Shown: positions 10,150-19,667 of the stretch, one piece after another
Position numbering within the stretch: position 1 is the first letter of the stretch
How the letters are laid out: every line of letters begins with the position of its first letter
Origin: Glaesserella parasuis
GTDB lineage: Bacteria > Pseudomonadota > Gammaproteobacteria > Enterobacterales > Pasteurellaceae
NCBI RefSeq assembly: GCF_002015085.1
Contig: NZ_MUXW01000003.1
Span: 99,181-131,180 of the forward strand
Reading direction: 5' to 3'
DNA length: 32,000 nucleotides
The notes under the pieces: model-generated
What the model was told of the DNA's origin: nothing
What the model saw: the letters and a program-made list of their open reading frames with translations, nothing else
Database searches by the model: none
Program-made: the position numbers and the translations under genes

Positions 10150-12534
10150 ATGTTAAATACAAAAGAAAAACAGAAAGAACCCATAGCGAAAAAGCCCTAC
10201 TTTATCCCAACTTGCTTAAAACTAGCTCTCTTAGCCACTTGCTATGTTGGGATATACGGCATCTATTTAGATGGAAAAATTCGTTCTAAAATGGACGGGC
10301 AAATTTGGCAATTGCCTGCCGAGGTCTATAGTCGTATCGAAAGTGTTCGCCTTGATGACAATCTTACCCTTGAGCAAGTCAAACTCGCCTTGTTAGACAA
10401 TGGCTATCGTGAAGTTTCATTAATTGCAACACCAGGTGATTTCAAAATTGAAGGTGACAATCTTGTTTTGCTTCGCCGTGCTTTTCCTTTCCCTGAAAAT
10501 CCTGAAGCTCAACGTGTACTGCGTTTACGCTTTGTCAGTGATAAACTCGCTCGTATTGAAGATTTAGTGCAATTTAAAGAGGTCGAGGAATTTCGTCTTG
10601 ACCCTAAAATGATTGCAATGTTGCATTCGGATAACGATGAAGAACGTCAAGCGTTACGTTTGCAGGATTATCCTCGTCTGCTTATTGATGCGTTGCTACT
10701 TACCGAAGATAAGCGTTTCTATCAACACGAAGGAATTAGTCCACTGGGGATTGCTCGAGCCTTTTTGACAAACTATCAAGCAGGCAGAACAGTGCAAGGG
10801 GGCAGTACTTTAACTCAGCAATTAGTTAAAAACCTCTTTTTAAGTAATGAAAAAACCTTAGTGCGTAAAGTAAATGAAGCGTTAATGTCGCTGATTTTAG
10901 ATTTTCGTTACGATAAAAACCGCATTCTCGAAACCTATCTAAATGAAATTTATCTTGGTCAAAATGGTAGTTATCAAATTCACGGTTTTGCTCTGGCAAG
11001 TCAATTCTATTTTGGTCGTCCTATTCAAGAAATTAATCTAAATCAAATCGCTCTGCTAGTGGGAATGGTGAAAGGTCCGTCCCTCTATAATCCGTGGAAA
11101 AATCCAGAAGGGGCATTAGAACGCCGTAATGTTGTGTTGCGTGTATTGCTAGGACATAAGGTGATTAATCAAGAATTGTATGATTTACTTAGTAAACAAC
11201 CGCTTGGCGTGAAAGAGAAAGGGAATATCTATCGTCAGCAACCTGCGTTTATGCACGCCTTAAATTTAGATATTAAAAGTCAGTTGGGTGAGAACAAATC
11301 TGCTCTGCTGTCAGGGGCAAAAATTTTCACGACTTTAGATAGAAAACAACAGCGTTCTGCGGAAATGGCGGTTATCAATGGGGTATCCGAATTAGAAAAT
11401 AGCAGTAAGAAAATCAAAGAGTTGCAATCTGCTATTGTGGTGGCGGAATATAAAACGGGTAAAGTACGGGCGATTGTCGGGGGAGTACAGACACAATATG
11501 CTGGCTTTAACCGTGCTATTCAAACCAAGCGTCAAATCGGTTCATTGGTTAAACCGTCTATTTATGCCATTGCTTTGGCAAATCCGCAGTATTTCCGTCT
11601 TAACACGCCGATAGCTAACCAACCGATTACCATTACCGTTGGAAGTAATACTTGGACACCTCGTAACTATGATCATCGTTTTAGCGGTTCTGTGATGTTA
11701 ATGGACGCTTTGGTTCGTTCCCTTAACATTCCTACGGTAAACATTGGAATGAAACTTGGGCTGAAAAATGTGATTGCCAAGCAGAAAGAAATGGGCTGGG
11801 ATAATGCCGAAATTCCACCTTATCCTGCGACATTACTCGGCTCTTATTCTATTTCACCTTATGATGTCACGAAGTCTTATCAGGTTATTGCAAATGCTGG
11901 CTTAAAAGTACCGCTTACCACAATTGAAGCAATCATATCCCCAACAGGTGAAATGATTTATCAGCCTGTTCTCACGCAGACAAGTAAACGCGTTTTGCCT
12001 GCAGAAGCCACGATTCAAACACTTTATGCAATGCAACAAGTAACGGAGCGAGGTACGGCTCGTAGCCTACAGGCAGATTTTGCACAACTGCATATCGCAG
12101 GCAAAACCGGCACCACCAACAATGCACGAGATACTTGGTTTGTCGGCATAGACGGTGAAAATGTCACAACCGTTTGGTTAGGTAAAGATAACAATAGCGA
12201 TACCTATCTCACCGGTTCAAGTGGTGCATTGCAAATATATAAAGAGTACCTTAAACGTGCCGAACCCTTGGCATTCAAGCTACCAAGCATACCAACTATT
12301 CAATGGGTAGGTATCAACAGCTACGGCTCTTGGGACTGCTCCAGCCCTCGTCAAATTCCTGTTTGGAAAGATAAAGGACAACGCTATTGTACGGGTGGCG
12401 GTTCTGTAGTTGAAGCAAAACCAAGTGTGTGGGACGCATTATCACTAGGCAAAGACGTCCCTCAAACCCAACCGAATAAAGCCGACGAAGCAGAAGGGCA
12501 AGCTCCGATTGAGGAAGAACCATTAGAGGAATAG
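10150..12534 (+). CDS. mrcB: Penicillin-binding protein 1B (bifunctional glycosyltransferase/transpeptidase)
   Basis: 794-aa ORF with an N-terminal TM helix and a ~100-aa insert before the GT51 domain, at the UB2H position. The GT51 motifs are EDKRFYQHEGIS, GGSTLTQQL and RKV.E. The transpeptidase motifs are SLVKP, SLN and KTGTT. Confidence 0.9.
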   Translation: MLNTKEKQKEPIAKKPYFIPTCLKLALLATCYVGIYGIYLDGKIRSKMDGQIWQLPAEVYSRIESVRLDDNLTLEQVKLALLDNGYREVSLIATPGDFKIEGDNLVLLRRAFPFPENPEAQRVLRLRFVSDKLARIEDLVQFKEVEEFRLDPKMIAMLHSDNDEERQALRLQDYPRLLIDALLLTEDKRFYQHEGISPLGIARAFLTNYQAGRTVQGGSTLTQQLVKNLFLSNEKTLVRKVNEALMSLILDFRYDKNRILETYLNEIYLGQNGSYQIHGFALASQFYFGRPIQEINLNQIALLVGMVKGPSLYNPWKNPEGALERRNVVLRVLLGHKVINQELYDLLSKQPLGVKEKGNIYRQQPAFMHALNLDIKSQLGENKSALLSGAKIFTTLDRKQQRSAEMAVINGVSELENSSKKIKELQSAIVVAEYKTGKVRAIVGGVQTQYAGFNRAIQTKRQIGSLVKPSIYAIALANPQYFRLNTPIANQPITITVGSNTWTPRNYDHRFSGSVMLMDALVRSLNIPTVNIGMKLGLKNVIAKQKEMGWDNAEIPPYPATLLGSYSISPYDVTKSYQVIANAGLKVPLTTIEAIISPTGEMIYQPVLTQTSKRVLPAEATIQTLYAMQQVTERGTARSLQADFAQLHIAGKTGTTNNARDTWFVGIDGENVTTVWLGKDNNSDTYLTGSSGALQIYKEYLKRAEPLAFKLPSIPTIQWVGINSYGSWDCSSPRQIPVWKDKGQRYCTGGGSVVEAKPSVWDALSLGKDVPQTQPNKADEAEGQAPIEEEPLEE

Positions 12535-12543
12535 ATTAAGAAC

Positions 12544-12598
12544 GGCATAGTAGACAAAAATTACGGGCAAAGGGTCATTAGTTTTCATCTACTCTGCC
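12544..12598. repeat. 55-bp sequence bounded by imperfect inverted repeats. Its left arm recurs at 22766-22781, so it may be an IS-end-derived mini-element.
   Basis: GGCATAGTAGAC (12544-12555) against the reverse complement of CATCTACTCTGCC (12586-12598) pairs at 10 of 11 positions in the outer arms. GGCATAGTAGACAAAA (12544-12559) is identical to the reverse complement of 22766-22781. Confidence 0.45.
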
Positions 12599-12612
12599 AT
12601 ATCTTACAATTC

Positions 12613-13296
12613 TTACGCTTTTTCCGCCTCTAATCTTTCAAAAGAAAGCACTTTGCGTTCAACTCTGCGTAAGATTACGGTCATAATCCCTGTAATAACC
12701 AAATAAACTACACCGGCTAAACCATAAATGGTTAATGCATCATACTCTGTACCATAAAGCTGGCGAGCATAGCCCATAATATCCATAATGGTAATGGTTG
12801 AAGCGAGTGATGTTCCTTTGAATACTAAGATAATCTCATTGCTGTAAGACGGTAATGCCCGTTTTAATGCATAAGGAACAAGGATTTTCAAGGTCTGTAA
12901 TCGACTTAATCCTAATGCAGCACAAGTTTCCCACTGCCCTTTTGGTATCGCATTGACCGCACCGTGAAATAGTAAGGTGGTATAAGCAGAACTATTTAAT
13001 GCAAGGGTGAGCATTGCACAGAACCACGCATCTGATAACAAAGACCAAAATGGACTTGCGACAATCCAAGGAAACTGCCCAGGACCTGCATAAATCAAGA
13101 AAAACTGTACTAACAATGGCGTTCCAGTAAATAGGGTTAAAAAGCCATTTACTATTCCTTTTACTAGACGATTTTCCATTGAAAGTAAAAACGTCATTCC
13201 AACAGCAAGGAAAAATGCCACGATTAAAGAAACAAACGTCAGCAATAAACTAGTCGGGATACCTTGAACTATCACCATAAAGTATTCTTGCAACAT
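12613..13296 (-). CDS. artM: Arginine ABC transporter permease
   Basis: 227-aa ORF, the last gene of an artP-I-Q-M array. The N-terminus MLQEYFMVIVQGIPTSLLLT is close to H. influenzae ArtM. It has the EAA-type loop of polar amino-acid permeases. Confidence 0.88.
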   Translation of the reverse strand: MLQEYFMVIVQGIPTSLLLTFVSLIVAFFLAVGMTFLLSMENRLVKGIVNGFLTLFTGTPLLVQFFLIYAGPGQFPWIVASPFWSLLSDAWFCAMLTLALNSSAYTTLLFHGAVNAIPKGQWETCAALGLSRLQTLKILVPYALKRALPSYSNEIILVFKGTSLASTITIMDIMGYARQLYGTEYDALTIYGLAGVVYLVITGIMTVILRRVERKVLSFERLEAEKA

Positions 13297-13967
13297 TATC
13301 TACCCCCTCTTTCAAAACGAGTGAAGCGTAGCTCTAATTTACGAATAATCACTTGGCTAACTAAGGTTACACCGAGGTAAATTAATGCTGCTGTGCCGTA
13401 CCAAGTAAATGGCTGATGAGTGCTGGTGTTAATTAACTCCGTTTGTCGCATAATATCGTGTACACCGATTAAAGAAACCAAAGCGGTATCTTTTAATAAC
13501 ACTAACCACTGATTGCTTAACCCTGGTAAGGCGTGTCGCCAAACCTGTGGCATCACAATGTTTACAAAAGTATAGCCACGACTTAATCCAAGAGCTGCCC
13601 CAGACTCCCACTGCCCAAGCGGAATAGCTTGAATAGCTCCACGCAATGATTGAGAAGCGTAGGAAGCAAAAATAATAGATAGTGCCACGACACCACAGCC
13701 AAATGCACCGAGTTCGACATATTCCCCTGTGATCATTTCAAGCACTTCAGGCGCACCAAAATAGATTAAAAAGACCACTAAAATTTCAGGCAAACCACGC
13801 AATAACGCAACAACAACTGTGGTTGGTTGACGCACCATTGTCCATTTATGCGTTTCAAGCACCACAAAAAGAATGGACAATAGTAATCCGAGCAATAAAG
13901 AGCAAACTGCCAACCCTAAGGTCATTAGGGTTGCAGAATACAATAGAGGAAGATAATCCAAAAACAT
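13296..13967 (-). CDS. artQ: Arginine ABC transporter permease
   Basis: 223-aa HisM/HisQ-type permease with GQWESGAALGLSR. Its stop overlaps the artM start. Confidence 0.88.
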   Translation of the reverse strand: MFLDYLPLLYSATLMTLGLAVCSLLLGLLLSILFVVLETHKWTMVRQPTTVVVALLRGLPEILVVFLIYFGAPEVLEMITGEYVELGAFGCGVVALSIIFASYASQSLRGAIQAIPLGQWESGAALGLSRGYTFVNIVMPQVWRHALPGLSNQWLVLLKDTALVSLIGVHDIMRQTELINTSTHQPFTWYGTAALIYLGVTLVSQVIIRKLELRFTRFERGGR

Positions 13968-13972
13968 AATGA

Positions 13973-14698
13973 TTATTTAGTCATCCATTTATCATAAATT
14001 TTTTGGTACTCACCGCTTGCTTTAATCGCTGCGATACCTTTGTTTAATTTTTCAACTAACTCAGTGTTAGATTTTTTCACTGCAATGCCTAAGCCATTGT
14101 TGAAATAACGTTTATCTGTCACTTTCTCGCCAACAAATTGTGCTTCAGGGATTTTGCCTAACATATCTTTTAACACATCAGTGTCACCAAAGATTAAATC
14201 AATACGACCATTTTTTAAGTCTAAGATTGCATCTTGTAAATTCGCATAAGATTTTGCTTGATATTGTTTAGCTTCTGCCGTTGCGTATTGTTGGTAAGTT
14301 GTACCGTTTTGTACACCTACTGTTTTAGCAGATACTAAATCTTTACCTTGTAAAGCAATATAGCTTGCTGAACTTTCGTAGTATGGTGCTGAGAAAGCCA
14401 CTTGTTTTGCACGAGCTTCTGTAATATCAATTGCTGAAATTGCCGCATCAAAACCGCCACGCCCTTTAATTAAGCTAGGGATTAACGCATCAAACGATTG
14501 AGATTTAAATTCGCAAGTCGCTTGGACTTCTTTACAAATTGCATTTGCAATATCTACATCAAAGCCAACGATTTCACCTTTCTCATTGGTTTGCTCAAAC
14601 GGTGGATAGCTTGGCTCCATTGCAAACGTAATTTTGTCATTCGCATAAGCTGAAACTGCTGTTGCTGCCAAAATGGTTGCTAAAAGTAATTTTTTCAT
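13973..14698 (-). CDS. artI: Arginine-binding periplasmic protein
   Basis: The signal peptide [19 protein letters not shown] begins at the ATG at 14698. It is a family-3 solute-binding protein with the motifs [16 protein letters not shown] and DAAISA.DIT..R. The ORF-track extension to 14857 overlaps artP and is not credible. Confidence 0.88.
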   Translation of the reverse strand: MKKLLLATILAATAVSAYANDKITFAMEPSYPPFEQTNEKGEIVGFDVDIANAICKEVQATCEFKSQSFDALIPSLIKGRGGFDAAISAIDITEARAKQVAFSAPYYESSASYIALQGKDLVSAKTVGVQNGTTYQQYATAEAKQYQAKSYANLQDAILDLKNGRIDLIFGDTDVLKDMLGKIPEAQFVGEKVTDKRYFNNGLGIAVKKSNTELVEKLNKGIAAIKASGEYQKIYDKWMTK

Positions 14699-14729
14699 AG
14701 TAACTCCTATTAATTGTATGATGTTGTGA

Positions 14730-15464
14730 TTAATCTGAATGTGAAAGATATTGAGCAAATTGCGTTGTTTTTGGTTGTTCAAAACAGCTTGCATCGCCCA
14801 TTTCAATAATTTTGCCTTGTTCCATATACACCACTTTAGTGGCAACTTTACGAGCAACAGAAACCTCGTGTGTCACAATCACTTGGGTGATCCCTGTTTG
14901 TTGTAACTCTTTAATAATATCAACAACTTGAGCGGTAATTTCAGGGTCTAAAGCAGCTGTTGGCTCATCAAAAAGCAACACTTCTGGTTGCATCATTAAC
15001 GCTCTTGCAATCGCCACACGCTGTTGCTGACCGCCTGAAAGCTGTAACGGAAAACGTTCTGCAAAGGCAGTAAGTTGCAAACGTGCTAACAAACCTTTGG
15101 CTCTTTCTACCGCTTGCTCTTTAGTTAAACCCAACACTTTCATTGGTGCTTCAATCAAGTTTTGCATTACACTAAGATGTGGCCATAGATGATACTGTTG
15201 GAACACCATTCCCACTTCTTTGCGTAATAATGCTACCTGTTTCGCATTGGTTTTAGCGGTCAGATCAAACTTGTGATTTGCAATTTCAAGCTGACCAGAT
15301 TGCGGTACTTCCATTAAATTTAACGTGCGGATTAAAGTACTTTTCCCTGCACCACTAGGGCCGAGTAACACAACGGTATCGCCTTTTTCAATGTTTAAAT
15401 TAATATCAAACAAGGCTTGACTCGAACCGTAAAAGAAATTGACATTACTAATGCGAATTGCCAT
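14730..15464 (-). CDS. artP: Arginine ABC transporter ATP-binding protein
   Basis: 244-aa ORF with Walker [10 protein letters not shown], signature [15 protein letters not shown], Walker [12 protein letters not shown] and an H-loop. An AGGAAG ribosome-binding site precedes the ATG. Confidence 0.9.
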   Translation of the reverse strand: MAIRISNVNFFYGSSQALFDINLNIEKGDTVVLLGPSGAGKSTLIRTLNLMEVPQSGQLEIANHKFDLTAKTNAKQVALLRKEVGMVFQQYHLWPHLSVMQNLIEAPMKVLGLTKEQAVERAKGLLARLQLTAFAERFPLQLSGGQQQRVAIARALMMQPEVLLFDEPTAALDPEITAQVVDIIKELQQTGITQVIVTHEVSVARKVATKVVYMEQGKIIEMGDASCFEQPKTTQFAQYLSHSD

Positions 15465-15490
15465 TAACTACTTCCTATCAAAGTTTCAAA

Positions 15491-15529
15491 ACTGAATAGA
15501 TATTAAATTTTATTGCATAAATATGCAAG
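15491..15529. promoter_or_regulatory. Candidate ArgR operator: two tandem ARG boxes separated by 3 bp, upstream of artP
   Basis: Box 1 is ACTGAATAGATATTAAAT (15491-15508). Box 2 is ATTGCATAAATATGCAAG (15512-15529), which contains the perfect 16-bp palindrome TTGCATAAATATGCAA. Both resemble wnTGAATwwwwATTCAnw, and the 18+3+18 layout is the canonical ArgR arrangement. Confidence 0.5.
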
Positions 15530-15609
15530 TGATTTTTGTAAATTTGAGGTAAAAATTTTGATGAAAAAATTAAAATACATATCTGTAATTGTAGGTTATA
15601 ATAATTACA

Positions 15610-15625
15610 CTGTATAAAATCACAT
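15610..15625. promoter_or_regulatory. Candidate LexA (SOS) box upstream of uvrD
   Basis: CTGTATAAAATCACAT fits CTG-N10-CAG except that the last triplet is CAT. It lies between a TATAAT hexamer (15597-15602) and the uvrD ribosome-binding site. E. coli uvrD is LexA-regulated. Confidence 0.35.
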
Positions 15626-15637
15626 AAAGAGGCGGAG

Positions 15638-17821
15638 ATGGATTTTTCTTTATTACTTGACGGCTTAAATGATAAACAACGAGAAGCAGTGGCAGCCCCT
15701 ATTGGCAACTATTTAGTTCTAGCAGGGGCTGGTAGTGGGAAAACCCGTGTACTTACCCACCGTATTGCGTGGTTAATTGGCGTTGAAAATATTGCTGAGT
15801 CCAATATTCTTGCTGTGACCTTCACTAATAAAGCCGCCACAGAAATGCGTCATCGTATTGAATATACCTTATCGCAATCTAGCGATCACCACTTATTCGG
15901 TATGTGGGTCGGTACATTCCATAGCATTGCTAACCGCTTACTTCGCTCTCATTATCTTGATGCCAATCTGCCGCAAGATTTTCAGATTATGGACACTGAA
16001 GATCAGCAACGTTTGATTAAACGCTTACTCAAATTGCATAACTTAGATGAGAAGCAGTTTCCACCTAAACAAGTGGCTTGGTTTATCAATGCTCAAAAAG
16101 ATCAGGGCTTGAGAGCAAAAGATCTCAAACAATCTCACGATGATCCCCACTCACAACAACTCGTTAAATTCTATCAAATCTATCAAGAAGCTAGCGATCG
16201 CGCAGGCTTGCTGGACTTCGCTGAACTCTTAATCCGTGCTTATGAATTATTTAAGCATAACCCATTGATTTTACAACGTTATCAACAACGTTTTCAGCAT
16301 ATTCTGATCGATGAATTTCAGGATACCAATAACATTCAATACGATCTTATTCATTTATTGGCTGGAAAAACGGGCAAAGTAATGATCGTGGGTGACGACG
16401 ACCAATCTATTTACGGCTGGCGTGGCGCTCAAGTGGAAAACATTCAACGCTTCTTAAATGATTATGACAACGCACAAACTATTCGCCTTGAACAAAATTA
16501 CCGTTCAACAGGACATATTTTAAATTCGGCAAATGCTTTAATTTCAAACAATGACAATCGTTTAGGCAAAAATCTTTGGACAGATAAAGGTGACGGCGAT
16601 CCCGTTGATATTTATTGTGCATTCAATGAGTTAGATGAAGCTCGCTTTGTCGCTTCACAGATTAAGCAATGGAAAGAAGATGAAGGCGATTTTAATCAAT
16701 GTGCTGTGCTTTATCGGGGTAATGCCCAATCTCGTGTTATCGAAGAAGCCCTAATTCAAGCCAATATCCCTTATCGAATTTATGGCGGAATGCGGTTCTT
16801 TGAACGCCAAGAGATCAAAGATGCCCTAGCCTATTTACGCTTAATCGCTAATCGTCAAGATGATGCCGCTTTTGAACGTGTGGTAAATACACCGCCAAGA
16901 GCGATAGGCGATCGCACCCTAGATATTTTGCGCCAGCTTACCCGAACTCGCCAGATCACCTTATGGCAAGCAATCCAAGTGTCTGTTCAAGAAGAACATC
17001 TTTCAGGGCGTTCCGCTTCAGCCTTACTCCGCTTTGTTGAGCTAATTAACGCACTTGAACAAGAAACGGAAGAAATGCCATTGTTTGAACAAACGGATTT
17101 TGTGATTAAAAAATCTGGGCTTTATGAAATGTATAAGCAAGAAAAAGGGGAAAAAGGCGAAGTTCGTATTGAGAACTTGGAAGAGTTAGTGACCGCAACA
17201 CGTCAATTTGTAAAACCAGATGAATCAGAAGAGATGAGCGATCTCACCGCTTTCTTAACTCACGCTTCCCTTGAAGCTGGCGAAACACAGGCCTCACCAC
17301 ATCAAGATTATGTGGAATTAATGACCTTACATTCAGCCAAAGGCTTAGAGTTTCCACGCGTGTTTATCGTTGGGGTTGAAGAAGGTATTTTCCCAAGTGG
17401 AATGAGCTTCGACGAAGGTCGTTTGCAAGAAGAACGTCGCTTGGCTTATGTCGGCATTACACGCGCGAAGAAAAAACTCACGATCAGCTATGCCGAAAGT
17501 CGCCGCTTGTATGGCAAAGAAGAACGCCATTTACCTTCACGTTTTATTGGCGAGCTACCCGATGAGCATATCCGAGAAGTCCGCTTGCGTGGAAGTATTA
17601 ATCGCCCTGCCACTTTTGCAAAACCACAAGCTAATCCGACCGCTTGTTTACAAGAAGACAATAGTTGGAAAATGGGGCAAAAAGTTCGTCACGAGAAATT
17701 TGGGCAAGGAACAATTATCAATGTAGAAGGCAGTGGCGATCATACTCGTCTGCAAATTGCCTTTGTACAGCAAGGGATTAAGTGGTTGATTGCAAAAGTA
17801 GCGAAGTTGGAAAAGATGTAA
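15638..17821 (+). CDS. uvrD: DNA helicase II (SF1 UvrD)
   Basis: 727-aa ORF almost colinear with E. coli UvrD, with the motifs LNDKQREAVAAP, AGAGSGKTRVL, VDEFQDTN, GDDDQSIYGWRGA, LEQNYRS, MTLHSAKGLEF, RRLAYVG.TRA and the C-terminal KFG.GTI.N.EGSG. An AAGAGG ribosome-binding site precedes the start. Confidence 0.93.
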   Translation: MDFSLLLDGLNDKQREAVAAPIGNYLVLAGAGSGKTRVLTHRIAWLIGVENIAESNILAVTFTNKAATEMRHRIEYTLSQSSDHHLFGMWVGTFHSIANRLLRSHYLDANLPQDFQIMDTEDQQRLIKRLLKLHNLDEKQFPPKQVAWFINAQKDQGLRAKDLKQSHDDPHSQQLVKFYQIYQEASDRAGLLDFAELLIRAYELFKHNPLILQRYQQRFQHILIDEFQDTNNIQYDLIHLLAGKTGKVMIVGDDDQSIYGWRGAQVENIQRFLNDYDNAQTIRLEQNYRSTGHILNSANALISNNDNRLGKNLWTDKGDGDPVDIYCAFNELDEARFVASQIKQWKEDEGDFNQCAVLYRGNAQSRVIEEALIQANIPYRIYGGMRFFERQEIKDALAYLRLIANRQDDAAFERVVNTPPRAIGDRTLDILRQLTRTRQITLWQAIQVSVQEEHLSGRSASALLRFVELINALEQETEEMPLFEQTDFVIKKSGLYEMYKQEKGEKGEVRIENLEELVTATRQFVKPDESEEMSDLTAFLTHASLEAGETQASPHQDYVELMTLHSAKGLEFPRVFIVGVEEGIFPSGMSFDEGRLQEERRLAYVGITRAKKKLTISYAESRRLYGKEERHLPSRFIGELPDEHIREVRLRGSINRPATFAKPQANPTACLQEDNSWKMGQKVRHEKFGQGTIINVEGSGDHTRLQIAFVQQGIKWLIAKVAKLEKM

Positions 17822-17855
17822 AAAAAATCCCCAACCAAATGGCTGGGGATTTTTT
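17822..17855. terminator. Bidirectional rho-independent terminator between uvrD and rplI
   Basis: ATCCCCAACC (17827-17836) pairs with GGCTGGGGAT (17841-17850) as a 10-bp stem with one mismatch and an AAAT loop. It is flanked by A7 upstream and T5 downstream. Confidence 0.85.
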
Positions 17856-17869
17856 ACTTTAATCGTAAA

Positions 17870-18319
17870 TTACTCAGAAACTACGTTGATAGTTACTACT
17901 GCATTTACTTCAGCGTGTAAGTGTAATTTCACTTCGTGTTCACCGATAGTGCGTAATGCACCTTCTGGTAAACGAACTTCTGATTTAGTTACTGCTACGC
18001 CTGCTGCTGATACTGCTTCAGCGATATCACGCGCACCAACAGAACCGAATAAACGACCGTCATCACCTGCTTTAGAAGTGACTACGATTGCTGCTAAGTT
18101 AGCGATTGCTGCTGCACGAGCTTGTGCTGCAGATAATGCTTCTGCTGCTTTCGCTTCTAATTCTGCACAACGTGCCTCAAAGTGAGCAATGTTTGCTGCA
18201 GTTGCCATAACTGCTTTACCTTGCGGGATTAAGTAGTTACGCGCAAAACCTGCTTTAACAGTTACTTGGTCACCAACAGTACCAAGTTGAGCAACTTTGT
18301 CTAATAAAATAACTTGCAT
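17870..18319 (-). CDS. rplI: 50S ribosomal protein L9
   Basis: 149-aa ORF starting [27 protein letters not shown], the typical L9 sequence. It is the last gene of the rpsF operon. Confidence 0.95.
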   Translation of the reverse strand: MQVILLDKVAQLGTVGDQVTVKAGFARNYLIPQGKAVMATAANIAHFEARCAELEAKAAEALSAAQARAAAIANLAAIVVTSKAGDDGRLFGSVGARDIAEAVSAAGVAVTKSEVRLPEGALRTIGEHEVKLHLHAEVNAVVTINVVSE

Positions 18320-18337
18320 TGTACTCTTCCTCTCTTA

Positions 18338-18889
<552 letters not shown>

Positions 18890-18903
<14 letters not shown>

Positions 18904-19270
18904 CCTCAGCTTCAACTTCTTCTACTAAAGCTTCTGGAGCTTTACGCTCATCTTTTGCTTTAAGCATTGGTGATGCTTCTGTTACCGCTGCTTTAGTGTG
19001 TAACACTAAGCTACGAAGAACTGCATCGTTGTAACGGAAGTTAGTTTCTAACTCATCGATTACGTTTTGTGGAGCTTCTACATTCATTAACACATAGTGT
19101 GCTTTGTGAAGTTTGTTGATTGGGTATGCTAATTGACGACGACCCCAATCTTCTAAGCGATGAACTTGACCGCCTGCTTCTTTAACAGAAGCGGTATAAC
19201 GCTCGATCATACCAGGTACTTGTTCGCTTTGGTCCGGGTGAACCATAAAAACGATTTCGTAGTGACGCAT
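18890..19270 (-). CDS. rpsF: 30S ribosomal protein S6
   Basis: 126-aa ORF with [44 protein letters not shown] and an acidic C-terminal tail. Confidence 0.95.
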
Positions 19271-19353
19271 TGTCGATCCTTACGGGTTAACAGCCTCCAA
19301 GGTTGCCAGTCACCAGCGTTGGAAGCAAGGATTAAAAACAGGTGTGACTGAAG
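19271..19353 (-). ncRNA. Structured rpsF 5' leader, a candidate S6:S18 autoregulatory element
   Basis: The minus-strand leader contains AUCCUU pairing with AAGGAU, which would sequester the AAGGA Shine-Dalgarno. Inside that, GCUUCCAA pairs with UUGGAGGC (8 bp including one G-U). A competing 7-bp pairing, CAGUCAC with GUGACUG, is also possible. An rpsF leader bound by S6:S18 is described in gammaproteobacteria. I have not verified a match to that motif. Confidence 0.4.
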
Positions 19354-19359
19354 CCGTGC

Positions 19360-19387
19360 ATTATACGGATAAATAAAATTCGTACAA
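19360..19387 (-). promoter_or_regulatory. Candidate sigma70 promoter of the rpsF operon
   Basis: The minus strand reads TTGTAC (19387..19382), a 16-nt spacer, then a perfect TATAAT (19365..19360). Confidence 0.5.
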
Positions 19388-19667
19388 GTAAAAGTTAATC
19401 TGCATAGCAAAATTAGGCATAAATCTATCCGCTTATGGTGGTTTTTAGCATTAGATGTTAAAAAATTTTTATCCTTTTTTAGTGCAGTAAAAATAGAATA
19501 AAAAACTAATTTATCTAAAATATAAGAATAATATTCTTGTTATAGTGCTTTAATTGGCGCTTATAAGTGATTGTATAGATTTTAATACTAAAAATAGGGT
19601 TGTTTTATTGGTTTTGGCGTGTTAATTTACACTCTCTTTTCTTTCGGAAACCTTTGGATTTTTGACA

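Noticed and set aside
14699-14857. A 53-codon N-terminal extension of the artI ORF in the track ([14 protein letters not shown]...)
   Set aside because: It overlaps the 3' end of artP in another frame. A textbook signal peptide ([19 protein letters not shown]) starts at the internal ATG at 14698, so the longest-ORF start is an artefact.
15478-15708. A 76-aa minus-strand ORF spanning the artP/uvrD intergenic region
   Set aside because: It lies in AT-rich promoter DNA, overlaps the uvrD start on the opposite strand, and has low-complexity composition with no recognisable motif. It is a chance ORF.
17886-18185. A 99-aa plus-strand ORF antisense to rplI, plus many other 60-108-aa antisense or out-of-frame ORFs inside glpK, glpF, nqrA-F, uvrD, mrcB, lpxK and menA
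   Set aside because: Each is fully embedded in a well-supported conserved gene. They have odd composition (Ala/Ser/Thr-rich or Cys/Phe-rich) and no motifs, which is typical of shadow ORFs.
19207-19410. A 67-aa minus-strand ORF and a 63-aa plus-strand ORF (19160-19351) over the rpsF start and leader
   Set aside because: They overlap the highly conserved rpsF coding start and its structured leader, and show no protein-like features. The region is better explained as promoter plus 5' UTR.
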